This document shows, in pieces, positions 52,213 through 61,612 of a stretch of DNA of 64,000 nucleotides. The stretch is taken from contig OY762492.1 in assembly GCA_963665845.2 (NCBI GenBank), positions 576,001-640,000 on the forward strand, given 5' to 3'. The first letter of the stretch is position 1. Every line of letters starts with the position of its first letter. Below the pieces are notes generated by a model. The model saw only the letters and a program-made list of their open reading frames with translations. It was not told where the DNA came from and ran no database searches. The stretch comes from Candidatus Poribacteria bacterium. GTDB taxonomy: Bacteria > Poribacteria > WGA-4E > GCA-2687025. Made by a program: the position numbers and the translations under genes.

Positions 52213-53448
52213 ATGGAGTTCATGCATACGAAACTGGACAACGGCCTCGTCGTCATCGGCGAGCGAAACGAAGCGGCGCAATCGATGGCGTGCGGCTATT
52301 TCGTCAAGACAGGCTCGCGCGACGAGACCCCCGAAGTGAGCGGCGTCAGCCACTTTCTTGAACATATGGCCTTGTGCAAAGGCAGCGATCAGCGCTCCGG
52401 GGATGACATCAACCGCGAATTTGACGAAATCGGCGCGTATCATAACGCTTTCACCTCAACCGAAGACACGGTCTATTATGCGCAGGTTCTGTCGGAATAC
52501 CAACCGCGCCTTATCCACCTGTTGACCGACATGATGCGGCCCGCCCTTCGGAACGACGATTATGAGATGGAAAAGAAGGTGATCCTGGAGGAGATCGCCA
52601 TGTACAAGGACGACCCTGAAGCCGTCGCATACTGGGCGGCGCGGGAGCTGTTTACGAACGGCCACCCGTCCGGCAACAGCATCCTCGGCACAACCGAGTC
52701 GATCTCCGCCCTGAAACGTGATCAGATGAAGCGGTATTTTGAGCGGCGTTATTCGCCGGGGAATCTCATCGCCGCCTTGACCGGCGCGTTCGATTGGGAC
52801 GCCGCCATTCGTCAGATTGAGGAGTTGACGCGCGATTGGGTCCCGTTCGATGTTGGACGCGAAACGCCGGAGCTTAAATGCGCTAATGAAACAATGGTTG
52901 TCCAAAACAATCAGTTCATGCGCGAGCATCTGGTCTGGATCTGGCAAGGTTTGAGCTTTCAGGATGAACGCCGGCGCGCGGCGGACCTCCTGACGGCTGT
53001 TATAGGCGACGACGTCGGCTCGCGCCTCTACTGGGGATTGGTCTCTCCTGGCGCCGCTAATTCTGCCATTATGTCGCATTGCGAGCAGGATCAGGTCGGA
53101 ATGTTCATCGCCGAAGTTTCCTGCGATCCAGAGCGCGCGGGCGAAGTTGTCCGAAAGGTTCAAAACATTCTGAAAGACGCGGTCGAGAACGGCGTCACTG
53201 AAGATGAAATCGAACGCGCAAAGCAGAAAGCCGCCTCGTTTATCGTTCTTGACTCCGAGACGCCGATGGACAGGCTGTTTTGGTTGGGCATGGCATGGGC
53301 TTACCTCGGCGAATATATCGATACGGACGAAGAGGTGAACCGCCGCCTGTCCGTAACAAAAGAGGATATTGACGCGCTCCTGGCAGACGATCCGTTTGCA
53401 AAGGGAACGCTGCTCGCCCTCGGACCGCTGGAAACGCTGGACATATAA
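52213..53448 (+). CDS. M16B zinc peptidase, catalytic subunit (copy 1)
   Basis: [13 protein letters not shown] and EKKVILEEI. Confidence 0.93.
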   Translation: MEFMHTKLDNGLVVIGERNEAAQSMACGYFVKTGSRDETPEVSGVSHFLEHMALCKGSDQRSGDDINREFDEIGAYHNAFTSTEDTVYYAQVLSEYQPRLIHLLTDMMRPALRNDDYEMEKKVILEEIAMYKDDPEAVAYWAARELFTNGHPSGNSILGTTESISALKRDQMKRYFERRYSPGNLIAALTGAFDWDAAIRQIEELTRDWVPFDVGRETPELKCANETMVVQNNQFMREHLVWIWQGLSFQDERRRAADLLTAVIGDDVGSRLYWGLVSPGAANSAIMSHCEQDQVGMFIAEVSCDPERAGEVVRKVQNILKDAVENGVTEDEIERAKQKAASFIVLDSETPMDRLFWLGMAWAYLGEYIDTDEEVNRRLSVTKEDIDALLADDPFAKGTLLALGPLETLDI

Positions 53449-53471
53449 AACGCATCAAAGGAGAAAACGCG

Positions 53472-54701
53472 ATGGAGTTCATGCATACGACACTGGACAA
53501 CGGCCTCGTCGTCATCGGCGAACGGAACGAAGCGGCGCAATCGATGGCGTGCGGCTATTTCGTCAAGACAGGCTCGCGCGACGAAACGCCCGAAGTGAGC
53601 GGCGTCAGCCACTTTCTTGAACATATGATGTTCAAAGGCGGCGACCGCCGCTCCGCGGACGACATCAACCGCGAATTTGACGAACTCGGCGCGCAGTACA
53701 ACGCCTTCACCTCGTTTGAAAACACGGTCTATTTTGGACGGGTTCTGTCGGAATACCAGCCCCGCCTCATCGACCTGTTGACCGACATGATGCGCCCCGC
53801 CCTTCGAGACGACGATTTTGACATGGAAAAGAAGGTGATCTTGGAGGAGATCGCCATGTACAAGGACAACCCTGCGGCGGTTCTTTACTACATGGCGCGG
53901 GAAATCTTTGCGAACGGCCACCCGTCCGGCAACAGCATTCTCGGCACCACCGAGTCGATTGCCGCCCTGGAACGGGATCAGATGATGACCTATTTTGAGC
54001 GGCGGTATTCGCCGGGGAATCTCATCGCCGCGTTGACCGGCGCGTTTGACTGGGACGCCGCCGTTCGTCAGATTGAAGAGTCGACGCGCGACTGGATCCC
54101 GTTCGATGTCGGGCGGGAGGCGCCGGACCTGAATCACGCCGTCAAGACGCAGGTTGTGAAAAACGATCAGTTCACGCAACAGCATCTGATCTGGTTCTGG
54201 CCTGGTTTGAGCCTTCAGGATGAACGGCGGCGCGCTGCGGGCGTGTTGACGGCCGCTCTAGGGTCCAGCGTCGGTTCGCGGCTTTACTGGGGTTTAGTCG
54301 ATCCTGGCATCGCCCATTCAGCGAGCTTGTCCCTCTCTGCAGAGGATCGGTTCGGCGTCTACCTCGCATCCGCCTCATGCGATCCAAGCCGCGCGGGCGA
54401 GGTTGTGCAGAAGGTTCAGGAGATTCTGCGGGAAGCGACTCAGGACGGCGTTTCCGTTGAAGAGATCGAGCGCGCCAAACAAAAAATCGCTTCGGGAATG
54501 GTGTTGGGTTGGGAAACGCCGATGGGCAGGCTCGTGCCGGTCGGCATGGATTGGGCGTACCGCGGCGAATATATCGACGCGGACGAAGCGGTGAACAGAG
54601 TCCTGTCCGTAACAAAAGAGGATGTGGACGCGCTGCTGGCGGACGATCCGTTTGCGAATGGAACGCTGGTCGCTCTCGGTCCGCTGGAGACGCTGGATTG
54701 A
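53472..54701 (+). CDS. M16B zinc peptidase, catalytic subunit (copy 2, tandem paralogue)
   Basis: [13 protein letters not shown]; N-terminal half nearly identical to copy 1. Confidence 0.93.
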   Translation: MEFMHTTLDNGLVVIGERNEAAQSMACGYFVKTGSRDETPEVSGVSHFLEHMMFKGGDRRSADDINREFDELGAQYNAFTSFENTVYFGRVLSEYQPRLIDLLTDMMRPALRDDDFDMEKKVILEEIAMYKDNPAAVLYYMAREIFANGHPSGNSILGTTESIAALERDQMMTYFERRYSPGNLIAALTGAFDWDAAVRQIEESTRDWIPFDVGREAPDLNHAVKTQVVKNDQFTQQHLIWFWPGLSLQDERRRAAGVLTAALGSSVGSRLYWGLVDPGIAHSASLSLSAEDRFGVYLASASCDPSRAGEVVQKVQEILREATQDGVSVEEIERAKQKIASGMVLGWETPMGRLVPVGMDWAYRGEYIDADEAVNRVLSVTKEDVDALLADDPFANGTLVALGPLETLD

Positions 54702-54869
54702 CTGACCTCATGCTGAAAGTTGGGACAGCTGAACGACCAAAGTCTTTATTCATGGGAAAGAGGCGTCGCCAACCAGGTCGTACTCCCGCGTAAGCGGGAA
54801 TCCAGAGGCGCCGCAGACGACATCTGCGTTCGCCCGCCGGCATGTCCCAACTTAAGACGTAAAGGTCAG
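54702..54869. mobile_element. 168-bp MITE, copy 2
   Basis: TIRs CTGACCTCATGCTGAAAGTTGGGACA / TGTCCCAACTTAAGACGTAAAGGTCAG; 8-bp direct repeat TGGATTGA at 54694-54701 and 54870-54877. Confidence 0.9.
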
Positions 54870-54907
54870 TGGATTGAAAGGGGCATGAAAACGAAAGAGA
54901 CGCTTGC

Positions 54908-56500
54908 ATGAAACAGAACTTTCCCGACAATGCGCTCTACGAGATGGACAACCTTGAAGTCCTGCGCGGCATGAACAGCGAGACGGTCGACCTGATCGCG
55001 ACCGACCCGCCTTTCAACACAAAGCGCAACCGCGCAGGCTCGGCGGGCTTCTACGTCGACAACTGGAAATGGGGCGACACCGGCATTCTGCCCGACCAGT
55101 GGAAATGGAACGAAGTGCATCCGAAATGGCTTGAGGAAATCAAAGACGATCATCCTGCGCTTTTCAAAGCGATCGACGCCGCAAAGGACTGCCAGGGCGA
55201 CGATACTGCCGCCTTCCTCTGCTTTTTGAGCGTCCGGTTGCTGGAAATGCATCGCGTCCTGAAGCCGACCGGCTCCATCTACCTGCACTGCGACGCAACC
55301 GCAAGCCATTACATTAAAATGTGCATGGACGCCATTTGGGGCAAGGAAAACTTTCGGAATGAAATTCTGTGGAAAAGAACCGCGCGGGGGTTCAAGGGAT
55401 CGCAGTACGGTCCGCGCAAATACAATACGAATACCGACAACGTTTTATTTTATTCACAAACAAAAAACGCTTTTTTTAATATGGAACCTGTGCTTGAGCC
55501 GTACGATTCGAAATATCTTGAAAAGACGTTCAGGCTGACCGACAGCAAAGGACCGTATTATCTTGATGTTGCATACAACCGATTAGGCGCGAGTCCAAGA
55601 CCAAATTTATGCTACGCTTACAAGGGATTTTTTCCGCCGCATCCATCAGGCTGGAAGGTCGGTCTTCCGCGCATGAAGGAGTTGGATGCGCAAGGCGAGT
55701 TGGTTGTTCAAAAGAACAGGCTATATCGAAAAATACGGCCTAAAGCAGGGCGTATACGAAACAACCTATGGGTAGACATAGACGCTCCAAAAGGCGACGA
55801 GCGCACAGGTTCGCCCGATCAAAAACCGATCGCTCTTTATGAGCGCATCATCAAGGCGTCATCTAACGAAGGCGATCTAGTTCTGGATCCGTTCTGCGGC
55901 TGCGCGACGACCATCATCGCGGCGAACAATCTGAACAGGCGATGGGTTGGAATCGACAGGCGAGTCGATGCGCGGTTCCATATCCTGACAAGGCTGATGG
56001 GCATTCCCAAAAAGGAACGCGATCGGCTCAAAAAATTTGCGACGGACGGCTCATGGCTCCAAAAGCAGATGGACGATTTCGACGTCTACTACCGCGCCGA
56101 AGCTCCAGAACGCACGGACGACAGCGAAACGAAAGCGCCGAAACTGAAAGGCGTTTATGTCACCGAAAATCCGCACACGCATAAGGAAATGAAGGAGGCG
56201 CTGGTCAGCGAGTTCGGCTGCCGCTGCTGGGGATGCAATTACGAGCCGCCTGACGAACGTTACCTGCATATTGACCACATCATCCCGAAAAGCGGCGGCG
56301 GAACGAATCACATCTCAAACCGCGCCATGCTTTGCCAGCCCTGTAACTCCAAGAAGGGAAACCGCCTGACGCTGATAGAGCTCCGCAAGCGCAACGACAA
56401 GGACGGGCATACGCGAGAAGGCGATCCTGTCGACCTGAAATACGCGCTCTCCTGGTCGCTTGATGAGCTGCTGCGTAAATTGCGGGGGCAATCTGCATGA
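54908..56500 (+). CDS. Amino (N6A/N4C) DNA methyltransferase, beta-class motif order, fused to a C-terminal HNH endonuclease
   Basis: DLIATDPPF (motif IV), QKPIAL...VLDPFCGCATT (motifs X/I), then CRCWGC...HIDHIIPKSGGGTNHISN..LCQPCNSKKG (HNH). Confidence 0.9.
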   Translation: MKQNFPDNALYEMDNLEVLRGMNSETVDLIATDPPFNTKRNRAGSAGFYVDNWKWGDTGILPDQWKWNEVHPKWLEEIKDDHPALFKAIDAAKDCQGDDTAAFLCFLSVRLLEMHRVLKPTGSIYLHCDATASHYIKMCMDAIWGKENFRNEILWKRTARGFKGSQYGPRKYNTNTDNVLFYSQTKNAFFNMEPVLEPYDSKYLEKTFRLTDSKGPYYLDVAYNRLGASPRPNLCYAYKGFFPPHPSGWKVGLPRMKELDAQGELVVQKNRLYRKIRPKAGRIRNNLWVDIDAPKGDERTGSPDQKPIALYERIIKASSNEGDLVLDPFCGCATTIIAANNLNRRWVGIDRRVDARFHILTRLMGIPKKERDRLKKFATDGSWLQKQMDDFDVYYRAEAPERTDDSETKAPKLKGVYVTENPHTHKEMKEALVSEFGCRCWGCNYEPPDERYLHIDHIIPKSGGGTNHISNRAMLCQPCNSKKGNRLTLIELRKRNDKDGHTREGDPVDLKYALSWSLDELLRKLRGQSA

Positions 56501-56598
56501 AACACGAAAAAGAGGTTTACGTTTACGCCGAAACGGACCATTACGTAAGCGAAGGTTGGACGATTTTCAGTCAGGTTCAAACAGAAAGGCAACGCACA

Positions 56599-57669
56599 AT
56601 GAAAATCCAACGCAAATCTCTCATCGCTCTCTTCGCGGCAACGATCAGCGCATTCGGGCTCGTGGCGCCGCCGTCCGCCGCATGCGACAACCCATACGAT
56701 GTCCAGGTGGTCTATATCGTCCCGCATGGGGAGACTGCCGACGCAGCAGGCGTCCTGGCGGATGTCCTTACGGCGCAAACGCTGATGCGAAAGGAGATGG
56801 CGCGCCACGGTTTCGGCGACGACCGAACCTTCAAAATCGCGGAATTTACCACTTTCAAAGGCGACGCCACATCAAAATGGACAACCGAGGCGTTTGAAAC
56901 GGCATCGGTCAATGACCTCTGGGAAGACTGGCTCAAATACAACCTTCCGCCATACCGATCTGGCGTCGAACGGCTGCACCGCGTCTATCTCTTCATTGTA
57001 GAGGGCGCGACCAAGATAACGCCCGTCGCATGCGGATTGGCAAGCATGTTCGTCGGCGACGGATGGGCCGCCTCCCCGTTTATTGGCGGATGGGCGTTCG
57101 TCGGCGCCGACACTCCCTGCGACGACCGAAGCGCGCTTCTCGCCCATGAAATCGGACATACCTTCGGGCTGAAACACAACCTAGATCCCGCAACGACCAT
57201 GCACAAAGGTAGCGAGCATGTCGTCCAACGCCAATTCAGCGAAGCGGAATGCGAATGGCTTGACGGATCGCGCTACTTTGACGATGACCACAGCGACGCC
57301 AACGACCTGCCCGGTATACAGCTGCTCTCCGCGCAAGCGGCACAGCTGGCAGGCGAGCCGTCCGTCGAGATCGCCTTCCGTGTGACCTCCCATGTCGGCG
57401 TCCGCATGTTCCAGCTGTATCGACAATCCGATGGCGCGGCGGTCGCAATGGAAACTATGAACACATGGCAAACAACCATCCAGGTCAACATCCAAAGAAC
57501 CCTGCTCGCCGGCGAAACAGGACTCGGCGCCATGGTCATGGACGCAAAAGGAGCTGTCGGAAGAGACAGCTACCTGTTCGGCATTCCGCCGATACGGCCG
57601 CCCGCGCAGAACAACGCCATCGCCCGCGTTGGAACAGAAGCGGTCATGTGGGCTAACCTGAAACGATAG
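56599..57669 (+). CDS. Secreted zinc metalloprotease (metzincin-like) with a C-terminal WANLK tail
   Basis: Signal peptide after RBS AGAAAGG; HEIGHTFGLKH plus a downstream Met; ends AVMWANLKR. Confidence 0.82.
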   Translation: MKIQRKSLIALFAATISAFGLVAPPSAACDNPYDVQVVYIVPHGETADAAGVLADVLTAQTLMRKEMARHGFGDDRTFKIAEFTTFKGDATSKWTTEAFETASVNDLWEDWLKYNLPPYRSGVERLHRVYLFIVEGATKITPVACGLASMFVGDGWAASPFIGGWAFVGADTPCDDRSALLAHEIGHTFGLKHNLDPATTMHKGSEHVVQRQFSEAECEWLDGSRYFDDDHSDANDLPGIQLLSAQAAQLAGEPSVEIAFRVTSHVGVRMFQLYRQSDGAAVAMETMNTWQTTIQVNIQRTLLAGETGLGAMVMDAKGAVGRDSYLFGIPPIRPPAQNNAIARVGTEAVMWANLKR

Positions 57670-57707
57670 GATGACACGCATCAACACGCATCAAAGGAGA
57701 AAACGCA

Positions 57708-57962
57708 ATGGAGTTCATGCATACGAAACTGGACAACGGCCTCGTCATCGTCGGTGAACGGAACGAGGCGGCGCAATCGATGGCGTGCGGCTATTTCGTC
57801 AAGACAGGCTCGCGCGACGAAACGCCCGAAGTGAGCGGCGTCAGCCATTTTCTTGAACATATGATGTTCAAAGGCAGCGACCGCCGCTCCGCGGACGACA
57901 TCAAACGCAACCTTGACGAACTCGGCGCGCAGTACAACGCCTTCACGTCGTTTGAAACCTAA
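57708..57962 (+). pseudogene. Truncated third copy of the M16 catalytic subunit (first 84 aa)
   Basis: Near-identical to 53472-53722, including the upstream ACGCATCAAAGGAGAAAACGC; stops after NAFTSFET. Confidence 0.88.
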
Positions 57963-57995
57963 ACGCAAATCGGGCGGCAGCTGAAGGAGCCGAAG

Positions 57996-60143
57996 ATGCG
58001 GGAACTCAAAATACTCAAAGGCGCGAACAGTTACGCCGAGAACATTCAAGGCAAAGCGAACGAGCCGATCACCGTCGCGGGGCTGCTGGACAGGGCGCGG
58101 TATGCGCTGAAGTTCAACGACATCGACTACCCGCTGGAGGCGATTTACGACCGCCTAGAAGAGAACGCGCCGCGCATCGGAATCATCGGCGGCTCGCTTG
58201 ATCATCCAGCGCATGTGGTTGACTGGGAAACCGTCTTAAAAGCGGCGTATGCAATCTGGAAAAAGGGCGGCGTTCCGTTCTACTTCTCCATCCCTGTCGT
58301 CTGCGACGGAACCGCCCAGAGCAACATGGGCATGTGCTATTCGCTGCAGTCGCGCAACGCGGTCGCCGCCATGATCGTGAACCAGATGGAGGGTCAGTCG
58401 TACCATGGCGCGTTTGTGATTCAGGGCTGCGACAAAACGCCGATGGGCATTTTGAGCGGTTTGGCGGCGTTGGACATGGCGCGTCAGCGGCGGGGCGACG
58501 CCCCCGTGTTCGCCACATTCGCGCCCGCGCATGTACTGAAAGGGGGCGAAATACCGCAGAGCCTCCGCGCCGAGCTAGAGGATGCCGCCGTCCGCGCCGA
58601 GAAGATGGGCAAGCCGCATTTTGCCGAAGACATCCGCGGAACCGCCGCCTTTATTCTCCAGTGCGCGTCTGATCAGGCGTTCAAAGGCATCTTCGACCGA
58701 ATGACGCAGGAGGGCGTCATCACAGAGCTGGAGAAGAAACATTTTTTGAAGTACCTCGCCGTCAACACCTGCGACGGAAAAGGCGGCATCTGCGCATTCA
58801 ACGGCACCGGCAATTCGTCCCGCCATACGATGAGCGCGTTTGGGATGGTTCACCCGTCCCTTGAGCTGCTCACCGAGCCGCCGACGCAGGCGCAGATCGA
58901 CGACGCGGTGAACGCGCTGCTCAGCTACTGCAACGACCCCGATTACAGCGTCGCCGGCGTTATGAAGGCGAACATTGAAAACTGCGTCCGCGTCTTTTCA
59001 GCGACCGGCGGCTCCACGAATCTGGTCATGCATCTGATTGCGGCGATGAGATACGCGGGCGTGCGGTTCAGCCTGTCCGATCTGGAAACGATCATTGACG
59101 CGCATCCGATACCCGACCTGTTCGACTACTCGTTGACGGAGGGGCGGGACATCTTTGCGCTCGCCCAGCAATGCTGCGACGGACAGATACGGGGCATGGA
59201 GACGGTTTTATACGAGCTTCAACAAAACGGCGTTCCCGTTCATTTGGACGCGCCGACAGCGGCGGGAACGACATGGCGCGAGCGGTTGTCGGACGCGCGG
59301 AATTTGGCGGCGTCCGGCGTGACGGAGAACCCGATCATACTCTCCCAGCCGCGCCGATCATACAGCGGCATCGATGTCTTGAGAGGCAACTTTTTTGAGA
59401 CGGCGGTCGTCAAGATCAGCGGCATGAAGGCGGAGCAGATCGAAGCGTTCGACGAAAAGGCGCATTTCGGGCTGTATTTTGAAAACGAGGAAGAGGCAAC
59501 CGACGCCCTGCTGAACCCGCGCATTTTAAGCGATCTGCGCGACCGGCGGGCGTTTTCGCATGAGAATCTGAAGGCGCAGGCATGTTTCAACGCGCCTGGA
59601 TTTCAGGTTGAGGGGCTGCCGTATGAAGCGCTGTTTGACGCGATGGTTCAAGAGCGGGTCTTGAAAATGATCATCTTCATCAGCGGACAGGGTCCCGCCG
59701 CGTTCGGCATGCCTGAGCAGTTTTCGCCGACCCAGTACATCAACCACAACGCCGACCTGAACCCGCTTGCAGTATTGATGAGCGACGGGCGTTATTCGGG
59801 AGTCTCCTACGGCGCGGCAATTGGACATGCCACACCCGAAGCGGCGCATGGCGGCGGCATGCTGTATCTGCGGACAGGCGATCTGTTCCTGCTTCAGTTA
59901 AAGAAGCGGCGCGTGACGCTGATCGACCCGTCGGCGCTGCGGGGCGGTTCCGCCGTTCCGCTGGACGAAACGCTCTCGGAGACGCGAAAAGACCTCGGCG
60001 AAGAGCGGCTGCGGCGCATCTTGGAGCGGCGGCGGCGCATCTCGCCGACCAACCTGCTCACAGGCGCGGCGGACGCTTCGCTGGGCGTCGCCCCTGCCGC
60101 GGTGGTTGAATCGGCGGACGAGACCTTCGACTTCAAAGGATAA
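57996..60143 (+). CDS. Dihydroxy-acid/sugar-acid dehydratase, IlvD/Edd family (divergent)
   Basis: VCDG, YSLQSRN, GCDKT, GGSTN, GMPE, SDGRYSG and GHATPEAA. Confidence 0.88.
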   Translation: MRELKILKGANSYAENIQGKANEPITVAGLLDRARYALKFNDIDYPLEAIYDRLEENAPRIGIIGGSLDHPAHVVDWETVLKAAYAIWKKGGVPFYFSIPVVCDGTAQSNMGMCYSLQSRNAVAAMIVNQMEGQSYHGAFVIQGCDKTPMGILSGLAALDMARQRRGDAPVFATFAPAHVLKGGEIPQSLRAELEDAAVRAEKMGKPHFAEDIRGTAAFILQCASDQAFKGIFDRMTQEGVITELEKKHFLKYLAVNTCDGKGGICAFNGTGNSSRHTMSAFGMVHPSLELLTEPPTQAQIDDAVNALLSYCNDPDYSVAGVMKANIENCVRVFSATGGSTNLVMHLIAAMRYAGVRFSLSDLETIIDAHPIPDLFDYSLTEGRDIFALAQQCCDGQIRGMETVLYELQQNGVPVHLDAPTAAGTTWRERLSDARNLAASGVTENPIILSQPRRSYSGIDVLRGNFFETAVVKISGMKAEQIEAFDEKAHFGLYFENEEEATDALLNPRILSDLRDRRAFSHENLKAQACFNAPGFQVEGLPYEALFDAMVQERVLKMIIFISGQGPAAFGMPEQFSPTQYINHNADLNPLAVLMSDGRYSGVSYGAAIGHATPEAAHGGGMLYLRTGDLFLLQLKKRRVTLIDPSALRGGSAVPLDETLSETRKDLGEERLRRILERRRRISPTNLLTGAADASLGVAPAAVVESADETFDFKG

Positions 60144-60155
60144 GGGGCGGGAGAA

Positions 60156-61436
60156 ATGGATTCGGCGGAACCGCTGTTTGCCGGCATTGACATAGGCGAG
60201 TCGCGCGCCTCAACAGGTTTTTATACCGCCGACGGCCGCTGCGCCGCCTATGAAATCGCCCGCTTTACGAGTCGCGCCCCGCGCCCCGGTTGGGCGGTCT
60301 ACAACCCAGAGAAATGGAGCGGCGCGGTCCTGAAAAGCTGGCGACGCGCGCAAGAAAAGGGGCTGGACATCTCCCAAGTTGCCGCGGTCGGTTTGACGGG
60401 GCGGCGCCATCTCGTTTTTTTAAATGAACGCGCCGAACCCGCGCTCCCGGCAATCGGCGAACAGGACCGCCGCGCGAACGCATACCCCGGCAAAATACGC
60501 TGGGCGATGAAGCGGGCGGCGGGCAAGAAACGCATCCAGTGGGTCTGCTTTGCAAAAGACTACATCGGAATGAAGCTGTGCGGCGAGGTCTGCTCCGATC
60601 CGCTTTCGTTCGCCGGGCTTGTACATCGGCGGACAGGCAGAGCGCGCCCTCGCCGCTTGTCGTCGGTCGGTTTGCGCCCATCCCAGCTGCCGCGCATGAC
60701 GGTCTCCTTCCGCAACTCCGGCTATGCGGCGAAAGAGGCGCGCGAGGCGTTCGGCGTGGAGATCGGGATACCGGTCATCGTTGGACGCAGCGACCCGCTT
60801 GGGCGGGCGTTGGGCGTCGGCGCGGCGTCGACAGGCTCCGCGTTTGCCTGTTTGGACGCGCCGCCGGCGGTCGGCCTCGCCGGCGAAAACGGGCGCGTCT
60901 TTCATCGACAACTCCCCCTGCGCGAACGGCGCGCCCAATTAGAGCGTCAGATGGGTTTCAAGATGTCAACGCCCGCCGTTCAGTCCGCGCAGGCGCCGCC
61001 CATCCTTCCGTTGAGCGGGGAGAGCTGGGAAAGCGCATGGATCGCCGCGGCGCATGACATGGACGCAGACGCCCTCCGGACAGCGTTCTGGGAGGCGGCG
61101 GCGTATGAGACGGCGGCGCGCATCGAGTCGCTCGCGTTGAAAGCTGGCGCTCAACCATCCTCTCTCGCGGTCAGCGCCGTCAACCGAAAGGGCGTCTACG
61201 CCCATTATGCAGCCTACGCGCTGGGCGTCCAAACGCTGCGCGTCTCTGAACATCGCCAAACAGCCGCCTTAGGCGCGGCAATGCTCGCCGCCGTCGGACA
61301 TGGAACCCATGAAACGCCCGAAGACGCCGCCCGCGCCATGTCCGCCCATCATGCTCCCGCCTTATCCTCAGAGCATTCCCGCGAAATCAAAGCCCGCTTC
61401 GCCCTTTACAAACAGGCGGCGAGCGAGAGAAGTTAG
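60156..61436 (+). CDS. FGGY family carbohydrate kinase-like protein (shortened/divergent)
   Basis: GIDIG, PRPGWA, KDYI and ALGAAMLAAVG motifs; 426 aa, with internal parts poorly conserved. Confidence 0.7.
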   Translation: MDSAEPLFAGIDIGESRASTGFYTADGRCAAYEIARFTSRAPRPGWAVYNPEKWSGAVLKSWRRAQEKGLDISQVAAVGLTGRRHLVFLNERAEPALPAIGEQDRRANAYPGKIRWAMKRAAGKKRIQWVCFAKDYIGMKLCGEVCSDPLSFAGLVHRRTGRARPRRLSSVGLRPSQLPRMTVSFRNSGYAAKEAREAFGVEIGIPVIVGRSDPLGRALGVGAASTGSAFACLDAPPAVGLAGENGRVFHRQLPLRERRAQLERQMGFKMSTPAVQSAQAPPILPLSGESWESAWIAAAHDMDADALRTAFWEAAAYETAARIESLALKAGAQPSSLAVSAVNRKGVYAHYAAYALGVQTLRVSEHRQTAALGAAMLAAVGHGTHETPEDAARAMSAHHAPALSSEHSREIKARFALYKQAASERS

Positions 61437-61450
61437 ACGACAACCAGTTC

Positions 61451-61553
61451 GTCATTCCCGCGTAAGCGGGAATCCAGAGGCGCCGCCCGCCCTTTAAAAC
61501 CCCCCTAGCCCCCTTTTCAAGGGGGGAATCGGACAGCGCCGCGAATATCCCCC
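61451..61553 (+). repeat. Composite REP module (family A plus family B)
   Basis: GTCATTCCCGCGTAAGCGGGAATC at 61451-61474; CCCCCTAGCCCCCTTTTCAAGGGGGGAATCGGAC follows. Confidence 0.85.
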
Positions 61554-61582
61554 TTGACTTCTCGCCCCATTGTCCATATGCT
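61554..61582 (+). promoter_or_regulatory. Putative sigma70 promoter (TTGACT-N17-TATGCT)
   Basis: Near-consensus elements upstream of ATG 61613 (RBS GAGG). Confidence 0.55.
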
Positions 61583-61612
61583 CATGAACCCATATCAACT
61601 AGAGGACGGCAC

